Shown piece by piece: positions 1 through 6,970 of a DNA stretch of 32,000 nucleotides. The stretch is from Geotalea uraniireducens Rf4 (GTDB lineage Bacteria; Desulfobacterota; Desulfuromonadia; Geobacterales; Geobacteraceae). The notes beneath the pieces were generated by a model, which searched no databases, was not told the origin of the DNA, and worked only from the letters and a program-made list of their open reading frames with translations. The stretch lies in assembly GCF_000016745.1 (NCBI RefSeq), contig NC_009483.1:4200001-4232000 (forward strand), written 5' to 3'. Positions within the stretch are counted from its first letter, which is position 1; every line of letters starts with the position of its first letter. The position numbers were made by a program, and so were the translations under genes.

Positions 1-1
1 C

Positions 2-811
2 ATATCCACCCGCGGTCTGTTCAAGGCGCTGAAGATCGGTCTCAAGGAAGTGCCGGACTGGCTCTGCTGCGGCGCCACCCCGGCCCACAACGTGGACGAA
101 CTGTTGTCGCTCTCCCTGTGCGCCAAGAACCTCTCCCTGGCCGACGAAGTCAAGGGGGACCTGGCAGTCGCCTGCGCCGCCTGCTTCTCCAGACTCAAGA
201 CCACCCAGCACAGACTGGCCGACAACCCGGAGAAGCGCAAGCAGGTGGAGCACGCCATTGCCGGCAGCGTACCGGAGAAGAAGGTCAAGCACCTGCTGGA
301 GATCCTGGCCAAAGACTACGGCCTGGAGCAACTCCAGGAAGCGGTGCAAAAGCCCCTCTCCGGCCTCAAGGTAGCCTGCTACTACGGCTGCCTCCTCACC
401 CGGCCCCCAGAAGTGCCGGAACTGGACTGCACCGAAGCCCCGACCATCATGGAGCGGGTCATCGGCGCCACCGGAGCCGAGACCGTCGCCTGGAGCCACC
501 GGCTCGAGTGCTGCGGCGCCAACTTCACCCTGTCGCGCCCCGGCGTGGTATTGAAGCTTTCGGGCGACATCCTCGCCTCGGCCAAAGCGGCCGGCGCCGA
601 CTGCCTCATGGTCGCCTGTCCGCTTTGCCACGGCAACCTGGACATCCGCCAGAAGGAGATCGAAGAGGCCACCGGCACCCGTTACAACATGCCGGTCTTC
701 TACATGACCCAGCTCCTGGCCCTGGCCGTCGGGGTTCCAGCAGCCAAACTCGGCTTCAACAGCATGATGGTCAGTCCCTTGCCGTTATTAAAAGAAAAGA
801 ACCTACTGTAG
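2..811 (+). CDS. hdrB: Heterodisulfide reductase subunit B-like protein (two CCG domains), 5' end off the window
   Basis: The frame is open from nt 2 (ISTRGLFKALKIGLKEVPDW...), so the GTG at 50 in the ORF track is probably internal. Two CCG-type cysteine signatures: DWLCCGATPAH...ACAACFSRL and RLECCGANF...VACPLCHGNLD. Stop TAG at 809-811. Confidence 0.85.
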   Translation: MSTRGLFKALKIGLKEVPDWLCCGATPAHNVDELLSLSLCAKNLSLADEVKGDLAVACAACFSRLKTTQHRLADNPEKRKQVEHAIAGSVPEKKVKHLLEILAKDYGLEQLQEAVQKPLSGLKVACYYGCLLTRPPEVPELDCTEAPTIMERVIGATGAETVAWSHRLECCGANFTLSRPGVVLKLSGDILASAKAAGADCLMVACPLCHGNLDIRQKEIEEATGTRYNMPVFYMTQLLALAVGVPAAKLGFNSMMVSPLPLLKEKNLL

Positions 812-944
812 GGGCGGGGTTTCCCCGCCCTGTTGGAACAATGCGAAAAAAGGACGGACCCCCGCCCTGTTGGAACAATGCGAAAAAAGGACGGACCCCC
901 GCCCTGCCGGAACAACGATAAATAAGGGCGGGAAGACCCCGCCC
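812..944. repeat. Intergenic GC hairpins bracketing a 37-bp tandem repeat (about 2.7 copies)
   Basis: Hairpin GGGCGGGG-TTT-CCCCGCCC at 812-830. Unit cccgccctgttggaacaatgcgaaaaaaggacggacc recurs with period 37 (G at 827, 864, 901), and the third copy is degenerate. A second hairpin GGGCGGG-aagac-CCCGCCC lies at 926-944. Confidence 0.8.
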
Positions 945-961
945 CTACAAGGAATTGATGC

Positions 962-2959
962 ATGTCCAGAATCGGCGTATTCGTCTGCCACTGTGGTGAA
1001 AACATATCCAGAACCGTTGACGTGGAACGGGTAGCCCGGGAAGCGGGAGCGCTCTCCGGCGTCGCTTTTGCCACCGACTACAAGTACATGTGCTCCGACC
1101 CGGGGCAAAACCTGCTCAAAAAGGCCGTTGCCGAGCACAATCTCGACGGCATCGTCGTTGCCGCCTGCTCCCCGCGGATGCACGAGAAGACCTTCAGGAA
1201 AGCTGCCCAGAGCGCGGGTCTGAACCCCTTTTTGTGCGAGATGGCCAACATCCGCGAGCACTGCTCCTGGGTCCACGAGGACCGGGAAGAAGCCACGGCC
1301 AAGGCGAGCGAGATCGTCGCCATGCTGGTCGAGCGGGTGAAGAAGGACAAGAAACTTGCACCCATCACCGTCCCGATCACCAAAAGGTCGCTCGTCATCG
1401 GCGGCGGCATCGCCGGCATCCAGGCAGCCCTGGACATCGCCGACGCCGGCCACCAGGTGGTGCTGGTCGAGCGGGAGCCCTCCATCGGCGGCCACATGGC
1501 CCAGCTCTCCGAGACCTTCCCGACCCTGGACTGCTCCCAGTGCATCATGACCCCGAAGATGGTCGACGTGGCCAACCACCCGAACATCACCCTTCATACC
1601 TACAGCGAGATCGAGAACGTCGACGGCTACATCGGCAACTTCCAGATCACCATCAAGAAGAAGGCCCGCAGCGTCGACATGGCCAAGTGCACCGGCTGCG
1701 GGATCTGCATGGCCAAGTGCCCGCAGAAGAAGATCCCCAACGCCTTTGACCGGAATATGGGAATGCGCCCCGCCATCTACGTCCCCTTCCCCCAGGCCGT
1801 CCCCAACACCCCGGTCATCGACCGGGAGAACTGCACCTGGTTCAAGACCGGCAAGTGCGGGGTCTGCCAGAAGGTCTGCGGCCCCGGAGCCGTTGACTAC
1901 ACCCAGGAAGATGAACTCATCGTGGAAAAGGTCGGGGCCATCGTCGTCGCCACCGGCTTCGAGCTCTACGACATCACCGAAAAGCCCAAGGGCTCCCCGA
2001 TCAAGGGGTATGGCGAATTCGGCCACGGCAAGATCCCCGACGTCATCGACGGCATGACCTTCGAGCGGCTCGCCTCGGCATCCGGCCCCACCGGCGGCAA
2101 GATCCTCCGCCCCTCAGACGGCAAGGAACCGAAACAGGTGGTCTTCATCCAATGCGTCGGCTCCCGCGCCAGGGAAAAGGGGATCTCCTACTGCTCCAAG
2201 ATCTGCTGCATGTACACCGCCAAGCACACCATGCTCTACAAGCACAAGGTGCACGACGGCCAGGCCTATGTCTTCTTCATGGACGCGAGAACACCGGGCA
2301 AGGGATACGACGAGTTCTGGCGGCGGGCCGTGGAGGAAGAAGAAGCGGGCTACATCCGCGGCATGGTCTCCCGCCTCTACCAGAAGGGGGACAAGGTCGT
2401 GGTCATGGGGAGCGACATCTCGGTCGGGGTCCAGGTGGAGATCGAGGCGGATCTGGTAGTCCTGGCCACCGCGGTCCAGCCAAGGCAAGGCGCCGACACC
2501 CTGGCCCAGAAGCTGGGGATCTCCTACGACAAGTACAACTTCTACTCCGAGGCCCACGCCAAACTCCGCCCCGTTGAATGCGCCACAGCCGGAATTTATC
2601 TCGCCGGCGCCTGCCAGGGGCCGAAAGATATCCCCGACACCGTCTCCCAGGCGAGTGCCGCCGCAGCCAAGGTGATGACCCTCTTCTCCAGGGACGAGCT
2701 CGAAAGAGAGCCGATCGTCGCCAAGGTGAACGAGAAAAATTGCGTCGCCTGCTTCTACTGCAAGAAGGTCTGCCCCTACGGCGCGGTAGAGGAAAAGGAG
2801 ATCAGGGACAGAAACGGCAACCTGATAAGAGTCGTGGCCTACGTCAACCCCGGCGTCTGCGGCGGCTGCGGCACCTGCCAGGCCACCTGCCCGTCCAAAT
2901 CGGTGGAGCTGGACGGCTATACCGATGAACAGATCGTGGCGATGATAGAAGCGTTATAA
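962..2959 (+). CDS. hdrA: Heterodisulfide reductase subunit A-like FAD/Fe-S flavoprotein
   Basis: AAGGAA SD 7 nt before the ATG. Motifs: VFVCHCGENI, Rossmann GGGIAGIQAALDIADAGHQVVLVE, FIQCVGSR, GIYLAGACQGPKDIP. Ferredoxin motifs CTGCGICMAKCP, CVACFYCKKVCP and CGGCGTCQATCP. Confidence 0.9.
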   Translation: MSRIGVFVCHCGENISRTVDVERVAREAGALSGVAFATDYKYMCSDPGQNLLKKAVAEHNLDGIVVAACSPRMHEKTFRKAAQSAGLNPFLCEMANIREHCSWVHEDREEATAKASEIVAMLVERVKKDKKLAPITVPITKRSLVIGGGIAGIQAALDIADAGHQVVLVEREPSIGGHMAQLSETFPTLDCSQCIMTPKMVDVANHPNITLHTYSEIENVDGYIGNFQITIKKKARSVDMAKCTGCGICMAKCPQKKIPNAFDRNMGMRPAIYVPFPQAVPNTPVIDRENCTWFKTGKCGVCQKVCGPGAVDYTQEDELIVEKVGAIVVATGFELYDITEKPKGSPIKGYGEFGHGKIPDVIDGMTFERLASASGPTGGKILRPSDGKEPKQVVFIQCVGSRAREKGISYCSKICCMYTAKHTMLYKHKVHDGQAYVFFMDARTPGKGYDEFWRRAVEEEEAGYIRGMVSRLYQKGDKVVVMGSDISVGVQVEIEADLVVLATAVQPRQGADTLAQKLGISYDKYNFYSEAHAKLRPVECATAGIYLAGACQGPKDIPDTVSQASAAAAKVMTLFSRDELEREPIVAKVNEKNCVACFYCKKVCPYGAVEEKEIRDRNGNLIRVVAYVNPGVCGGCGTCQATCPSKSVELDGYTDEQIVAMIEAL

Positions 2960-2963
2960 AACC

Positions 2964-3055
2964 GGTTCGAGGTTCGAGGTTCGATGTTGAAAAACAAGAA
3001 CCGAACCTCGAACCTCGAACCTCGAACCTCGAACCTCGAACCTCGAACCTCGAAC
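2964..3055. repeat. Heptanucleotide-repeat hairpin: (GGTTCGA)x3 - loop - (GAACCTC)x7
   Basis: Left arm ggttcgaggttcgaggttcga at 2964-2984. Seven exact GAACCTC units at 3003-3051 plus a partial gaac. The arms are complementary but unequal in copy number. It fills the hdrA-mvhD spacer. Confidence 0.9.
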
Positions 3056-3064
3056 AGGATTGTT

Positions 3065-3550
3065 ATGAAACACGACTTCGAACCAAAGATAGTAGCCTTC
3101 GTCTGCACCTGGTGCACCTACGCCGGGGCGGACCTGGCCGGCACCAGCCGAATGCAGTACCCTTCAAACGTGAGGGTCGTCAAGTTCCCCTGCACCGGCC
3201 GCATCGATCCGGTCTTCATCCTCAAGGCCTTCCAGAAAGGGGCCGACGGGGTGCTCGTCTCCGGCTGCCATCCGGGGGACTGCCACTACATGGCCGGCAA
3301 CTTCCACGCCCGCCGTCGTTTCGCCGCCTTCAGGAAGCTCCTGGAATTCGTCGGCGTAGATCTCTCGCGCCTCCAGTTCTCCTGGGTCTCCGCAGCCGAA
3401 GGGGGGAAGTGGGTCGAGGTGGTGACCGAGCTCACCGAGCGTGTCCGGGCCATGGGGCCGATGCTTGAATTCAAGGAGCTGGAGATTGAGGAGTGCTGGT
3501 CGGGGAAGATTGATACCCCGGAGCTTAAAGAAGCGTACAACAACATTTAA
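3065..3550 (+). CDS. mvhD: MvhD/FlxD-like hydrogenase delta-subunit-type iron-sulfur protein
   Basis: Start moved to ATG 3065 (MKHDFEPK...). The 2984 start in the ORF track would translate the heptamer repeat. Motifs: IVAFVCTWCTYAGADLAG, FPCTGRIDP, GADGVLVSGCHPGDCHY. Confidence 0.85.
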   Translation: MKHDFEPKIVAFVCTWCTYAGADLAGTSRMQYPSNVRVVKFPCTGRIDPVFILKAFQKGADGVLVSGCHPGDCHYMAGNFHARRRFAAFRKLLEFVGVDLSRLQFSWVSAAEGGKWVEVVTELTERVRAMGPMLEFKELEIEECWSGKIDTPELKEAYNNI

Positions 3551-3559
3551 CGACTACAT

Positions 3560-3650
3560 TCACCACTAAGACACTAAGAGCACAAAGAAAGACTAAAGTC
3601 TAAAACCCGTTTTTTTGGTTTTCTTCGTGTCCTTAGTGCCTTAGTGGTGA
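3560..3650. repeat. Intercistronic hairpin with oligomer-repeat arms (CACCACTAAGACACTAAG / CTTAGTGCCTTAGTGGTG)
   Basis: The left arm from 3560 (tcaccactaagacactaag) is complementary to cttagtgccttagtggtga at 3632-3650. The loop region contains cccgttttttt. Confidence 0.8.
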
Positions 3651-3667
3651 GAACGGTTTAGGAAATC

Positions 3668-4615
3668 ATGACCAACACAGCACAACAACTCGACACAACC
3701 CCGCTGGTGGACACCGGCTACTACGCTGCCGTTACCGAGGCGATCCGGGCGGAGGCCGCCAGGCTCCTGACCGACGGTACCGTAGCCGCGGTGATCGGCT
3801 ACCAGGCGGGCAAGAGGAAAGGCACGGCCATGCCTGCCATCATCACCGACCCTGCCCGGGCGAATGACCTGATCTTCTCCCCGGCCTGCGTCAACAACCT
3901 GGCCCTCTACCTGACCAAGGCGAAGAAGGATATCCGGAAGACGGGAAAGGTGGCGATCGTCGCCAAGGGGTGCGATATGCGTGCCCTGGCGGGACTGATG
4001 GGTGAATCCCAGCTGAAGCGGGAGGACGTCCACATCATCGCCGTTGCCTGCGCCGGGGTGAAGGGGAGCGGCGCCGCAACCGGCGAGCCGCTGACCACCG
4101 CCAACATCGCGAAGAAATGCCGGGAGTGCACGGTACGCGAGCCGAAAGGAGCCGATTCTGTCGCCGGCAGTCTCCCCTCCCTGCCGGAATTGTCCCCGGT
4201 GGAAGCTGAGGAGCTGGCACGGCTCGAAGCGATGACACCCCGGGAGCGCTGGTCGTTCTGGAAGGAACATTTCTCCCGCTGCGTGCGCTGTCTGGCCTGC
4301 CGGAGCATCTGCCCCTTCTGCTACTGCGAACAGTGCATGTGCGACCGTAACCGCCCCCAGGCGGTTGAGACAAGCCCGCGTCCGGCGGGAAACATGGCGT
4401 GGCACATCGTCCGGGCCATGCACCTCTCCGGCCGTTGCGCGGGGTGCGCCGAATGCGAGCGAGCCTGCCCGATGGACATTCCGCTGAACCTCCTCAACCG
4501 GAAGATGGCAAAGGAGCTGAAAGAGCTCTACGGTCATGAGGCGGGGCTTGAGCCGAAGGAGAAGGGGCCTTTGGCGGAGTACAGAGAGGACGACGATCAG
4601 TCGTTCATAAAATAA
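3668..4615 (+). CDS. 4Fe-4S cluster protein (FlxC-like / F420-hydrogenase-beta-like electron transfer subunit)
   Basis: AGGAAA SD, then ATG at 3668. Cys clusters CVRCLACRSICPFCYCEQC and CAGCAECERACPMDIP. Sits between the mvhD-like gene and the next Fe-S gene. Confidence 0.7.
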   Translation: MTNTAQQLDTTPLVDTGYYAAVTEAIRAEAARLLTDGTVAAVIGYQAGKRKGTAMPAIITDPARANDLIFSPACVNNLALYLTKAKKDIRKTGKVAIVAKGCDMRALAGLMGESQLKREDVHIIAVACAGVKGSGAATGEPLTTANIAKKCRECTVREPKGADSVAGSLPSLPELSPVEAEELARLEAMTPRERWSFWKEHFSRCVRCLACRSICPFCYCEQCMCDRNRPQAVETSPRPAGNMAWHIVRAMHLSGRCAGCAECERACPMDIPLNLLNRKMAKELKELYGHEAGLEPKEKGPLAEYREDDDQSFIK

Positions 4616-4625
4616 CAGCAATTCT

Positions 4626-4764
4626 GCCACAGAGGCACGGAGACACAGAGATTCACAGAGAAAAGCTGAAAAACAATGGTACGCGGAAAAATCGGATCAA
4701 GTCGGATCAAACAAAACCGAAAACATGTTTTTGATTTTTCTCTGAGTCTCCGTGGCTCTGTGGC
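4626..4764. repeat. Intercistronic long hairpin (GCCACAGAGGCACGGAGACACAGAGA ... TCTCTGAGTCTCCGTGGCTCTGTGGC)
   Basis: The arms at 4626-4651 and about 4739-4764 are near-complementary. The interior carries the direct repeat atcggatcaa/gtcggatcaa (4691-4710). Confidence 0.8.
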
Positions 4765-4784
4765 AAAAATCTAAGCGAGATCAT

Positions 4785-5789
4785 ATGCCGAAAACAATAA
4801 CCGAACAGAACCTCCGTCTCCTCGTCGATACCCTGCTGAAAGAAGGGGCAAGAGTAGTCGCCCCGAAGCAGGCGGGCACCATGGCCCTCTATGAGCCGCT
4901 TAAAAGTGGCGACGAGCTGGCGCTCGGCGCCCTTCCGCGCAGGTCCGCCAAGGAAACGTTCTTCCCCCTCTGCGAGACCATCCTCACCTTTGAAAAGGAC
5001 AAGGGCGGTGTGAGGGTAAACGACGTGGACCCGGCCTCCTTCCCGGAAACCGTGCTGCTCTGCGCCCGGCCGTGCGATGCGGCAGCTCCGTCGATCCTCG
5101 ATGCGGTCTTCTCCTGGGATTACAACGACGAGTTTTACCTGGAGAGGCGCAGAAAAACGACCATTATCGGGCTTGCCTGCACGACTGCCGATGACGCCTG
5201 TTTCTGCACCGCTGTCGGTCTTTCCCCGGCGGATACCAGGGGCTCGGACCTGTTCCTCACCCCGCTTGAGGGTGGCGGTTACGCAGCCCAAGCCGTCACC
5301 GACAAGGGGAAGGAGCTTCTGGAGAAACGGGCGCAGTTCTTCAGCGACGCCGGTTCGGCAAAGCCGCTGCCGCCGGCCGAACCGGCGGGAGAATCGCTCG
5401 ACCTGGAAAAGATAAAGAGCTGGCTCGACAACAACTTCGAGAACCCGCTCTGGACGGAGATCGCCGATCGGTGCGCCGGTTGCGGCGCCTGCGCCTTCCT
5501 CTGCCCGGCCTGCCACTGCTTCGACATAGTGGACGAGGGGACCGAGGCCAAGGGGGCCAGGCGGAAGAGCTGGGACGCCTGCGGCTTTGCCAAGTTCACC
5601 AACCACGCCTCGGGGCACAACCCGCGGGATATGCAGAACAAGCGTTACAGAAACAGGATCATGCACAAGTTCAAGTATTACGGCGACAAGTTCGGCCAGA
5701 CGCTCTGCACCGGCTGCGGCAGGTGCATTCGTGCCTGTCCGGTCGGGATCGATATCAAGGCGGTATTGGACGAAATCAACAGCAAATAA
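4785..5789 (+). CDS. 4Fe-4S dicluster protein, sulfhydrogenase-beta/AsrA/FlxB-like
   Basis: ATG 4785 (MPKTITEQN...) is preferred. The GTG at 4752 in the ORF track lies inside the hairpin arm. Motifs: CAGCGACAFLCPACHCFD and CTGCGRCIRACPVGIDI. Confidence 0.75.
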   Translation: MPKTITEQNLRLLVDTLLKEGARVVAPKQAGTMALYEPLKSGDELALGALPRRSAKETFFPLCETILTFEKDKGGVRVNDVDPASFPETVLLCARPCDAAAPSILDAVFSWDYNDEFYLERRRKTTIIGLACTTADDACFCTAVGLSPADTRGSDLFLTPLEGGGYAAQAVTDKGKELLEKRAQFFSDAGSAKPLPPAEPAGESLDLEKIKSWLDNNFENPLWTEIADRCAGCGACAFLCPACHCFDIVDEGTEAKGARRKSWDACGFAKFTNHASGHNPRDMQNKRYRNRIMHKFKYYGDKFGQTLCTGCGRCIRACPVGIDIKAVLDEINSK

Positions 5790-5792
5790 AGC

Positions 5793-5860
5793 GGTTCGAC
5801 GTTCGACGTTCGAGGTTCGACGTAAGAAAACCTTGAACATCGAACATCGAACATCGAACG
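5793..5860. repeat. Second heptamer-repeat hairpin: (GTTCGAC/G)x4 - loop - (CGAACAT)x3
   Basis: Sequence: ggttcgacgttcgacgttcgaggttcgacg, then taagaaaacct, then tgaacatcgaacatcgaacatcgaacg. The arms pair with one recurrent mismatch per heptad. Confidence 0.85.
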
Positions 5861-5869
5861 GGTTCCAAA

Positions 5870-6712
5870 ATGTGCGATAACAAAAACATCTACCTCCCCC
5901 ACCTCGCCACCATCGAAGAAATCGTCGACGAAACCCCGGACGTGCGTACGCTGCGCCTGGTCTTCCAGGATGAGCAGGTGCGGGAGAACTTCTCCTTCCG
6001 CGCCGGCCAGTTTGCCGAGTACTCGGCCTTCGGCGCCGGCGAATCCACCTTCTGCATCGCTTCCTCGCCGACCCGCAAGGGTTACATCGAGTGCTGTTTC
6101 AGGGCCACGGGACGGGTCACGGAGTCGCTGCGGCAACTGGAGGTGGGAGACACGATGGGGGTGCGCGGCCCTTACGGCAACTCGTTCCCCATCGAGGAGT
6201 TCGAGGGGAAAAGCCTCGTCTTCGTCGCCGGCGGCATCGCCCTCCCCCCGCTGCGAACGGTGATCTGGAACTGCCTCGACCTGAGGGACAGGTTCAAGGA
6301 TATCACCATCGTCTACGGTGCCAGGACGGAGGCGGATCTGGTCTACAAGCGGGAGCTTGAGGAGTGGCAGGAGCGGGGGGACGTGAACCTGGTGAAGACG
6401 GTGGATCCGGGGGGGAACGGTCCCGACTGGGACGGCAAGGTCGGCTTTGTCCCCACCATCCTGGAAGAGGCGACGCCAAGCGCGCAAAACACCATCGCCC
6501 TTGTCTGCGGACCGCCGGTGATGATCAAGTTCACCCTGCCGGTGCTGGAGCGGCTCGGCTTTACCGATGACGCCATCTACACCACCCTGGAGAACCGGAT
6601 GAAATGCGGCCTGGGCAAATGCGGCAGATGCAACGTGGGGAATACCTATGTCTGCAAGGACGGGCCGGTCTTCACCGCCAAGCAGGTGAAGGCTATGCCG
6701 CAGGAGTTCTAA
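5870..6712 (+). CDS. FNR-like FAD/NAD(P)-binding oxidoreductase with C-terminal 2Fe-2S motif (HydG/AsrB/FlxA-like)
   Basis: Motifs: RAGQFAEY, FVAGGIALPPLR and LVCGPPVM. C-terminal CGLGKCGRCNVG...VCKDGP. Confidence 0.85.
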   Translation: MCDNKNIYLPHLATIEEIVDETPDVRTLRLVFQDEQVRENFSFRAGQFAEYSAFGAGESTFCIASSPTRKGYIECCFRATGRVTESLRQLEVGDTMGVRGPYGNSFPIEEFEGKSLVFVAGGIALPPLRTVIWNCLDLRDRFKDITIVYGARTEADLVYKRELEEWQERGDVNLVKTVDPGGNGPDWDGKVGFVPTILEEATPSAQNTIALVCGPPVMIKFTLPVLERLGFTDDAIYTTLENRMKCGLGKCGRCNVGNTYVCKDGPVFTAKQVKAMPQEF

Positions 6713-6769
6713 GTGATGAAGCATGTGTCGTTCTTTATAGTTTCCATCAGGATGACAAGGGAGTGACCG

Positions 6770-6928
6770 ATGGGAAAACAGAAAAAGAAAATCGTGAGCA
6801 ATGTTGTCTGTGTCCGGGTGAGCGACAACGAAATGGAATGTATTCGGGAACTCATGAAGGTTACCAAGAAGAACGCTTCTTCCGTGTTGCGAGAGGCTGT
6901 TAAAAGCATTATAATGCCGGCTGCCTGA
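6770..6928 (+). CDS. Unannotated 52-aa ORF, ribbon-helix-helix-like small protein or possible RiPP precursor
   Basis: Not in the ORF track because it is under 60 aa. AAGGGAG SD at 6757-6763, 6 nt before ATG 6770; stop TGA at 6926-6928. Translation: MGKQKKKIVSNVVCVRVSDNEMECIRELMKVTKKNASSVLREAVKSIIMPAA. The strand-helix-turn-helix pattern resembles the CopG/Arc type. Ends 43 nt before the radical SAM start. Confidence 0.55.
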   Translation: MGKQKKKIVSNVVCVRVSDNEMECIRELMKVTKKNASSVLREAVKSIIMPAA

Positions 6929-6970
6929 GCCGATGCCTCACTATTGCACGTCTCAACAATGGGAGCTTCC

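Noticed and set aside
831-900. Sigma-54 promoter inside the 37-bp repeat (TGGAAC...GC).
   Set aside because: The GG to GC spacing is about 6 nt instead of the canonical 10, and there is no TTGC -12 element.
803-2026. Long antisense or off-frame ORFs throughout the GC-rich parts: 803-2026(-), 3641-4630(-), 4707-5840(-), 5678-6724(-), 11268-12686(+), 14245-15447(-), 16923-18113(+), 28862-29911(+), 30307-31179(+), and 20578-21423(+) and 23225-24259(+) in the island.
   Set aside because: They lie opposite or out of frame to ORFs with clear family motifs. Their translations are Arg/Gly/Pro/Ala-rich and low in complexity with no recognisable motifs, as expected for shadow ORFs in high-GC DNA.
2964-3055. 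Possible CRISPR array, suggested by the regular short repeats.
   Set aside because: The units are 7 nt and directly abutting with no spacers. The two sides are reverse complements forming a hairpin, and there are no cas genes.
2984-3064. ORF-track start at 2984 for the mvhD-like gene, and similarly GTG 4752 for the next Fe-S gene.
   Set aside because: The extensions would translate hairpin-repeat DNA (NLEPRTSNLEPRTS...). Internal ATGs at 3065 and 4785 begin the conserved parts.
6604-6903. 99-aa ORF in the track overlapping the small RHH-like gene.
   Set aside because: It starts inside the preceding flavoprotein gene, has no SD and its translation is Arg/Gln/Gly-rich nonsense. The 6770-6928 frame has a strong SD and a fold-like pattern.
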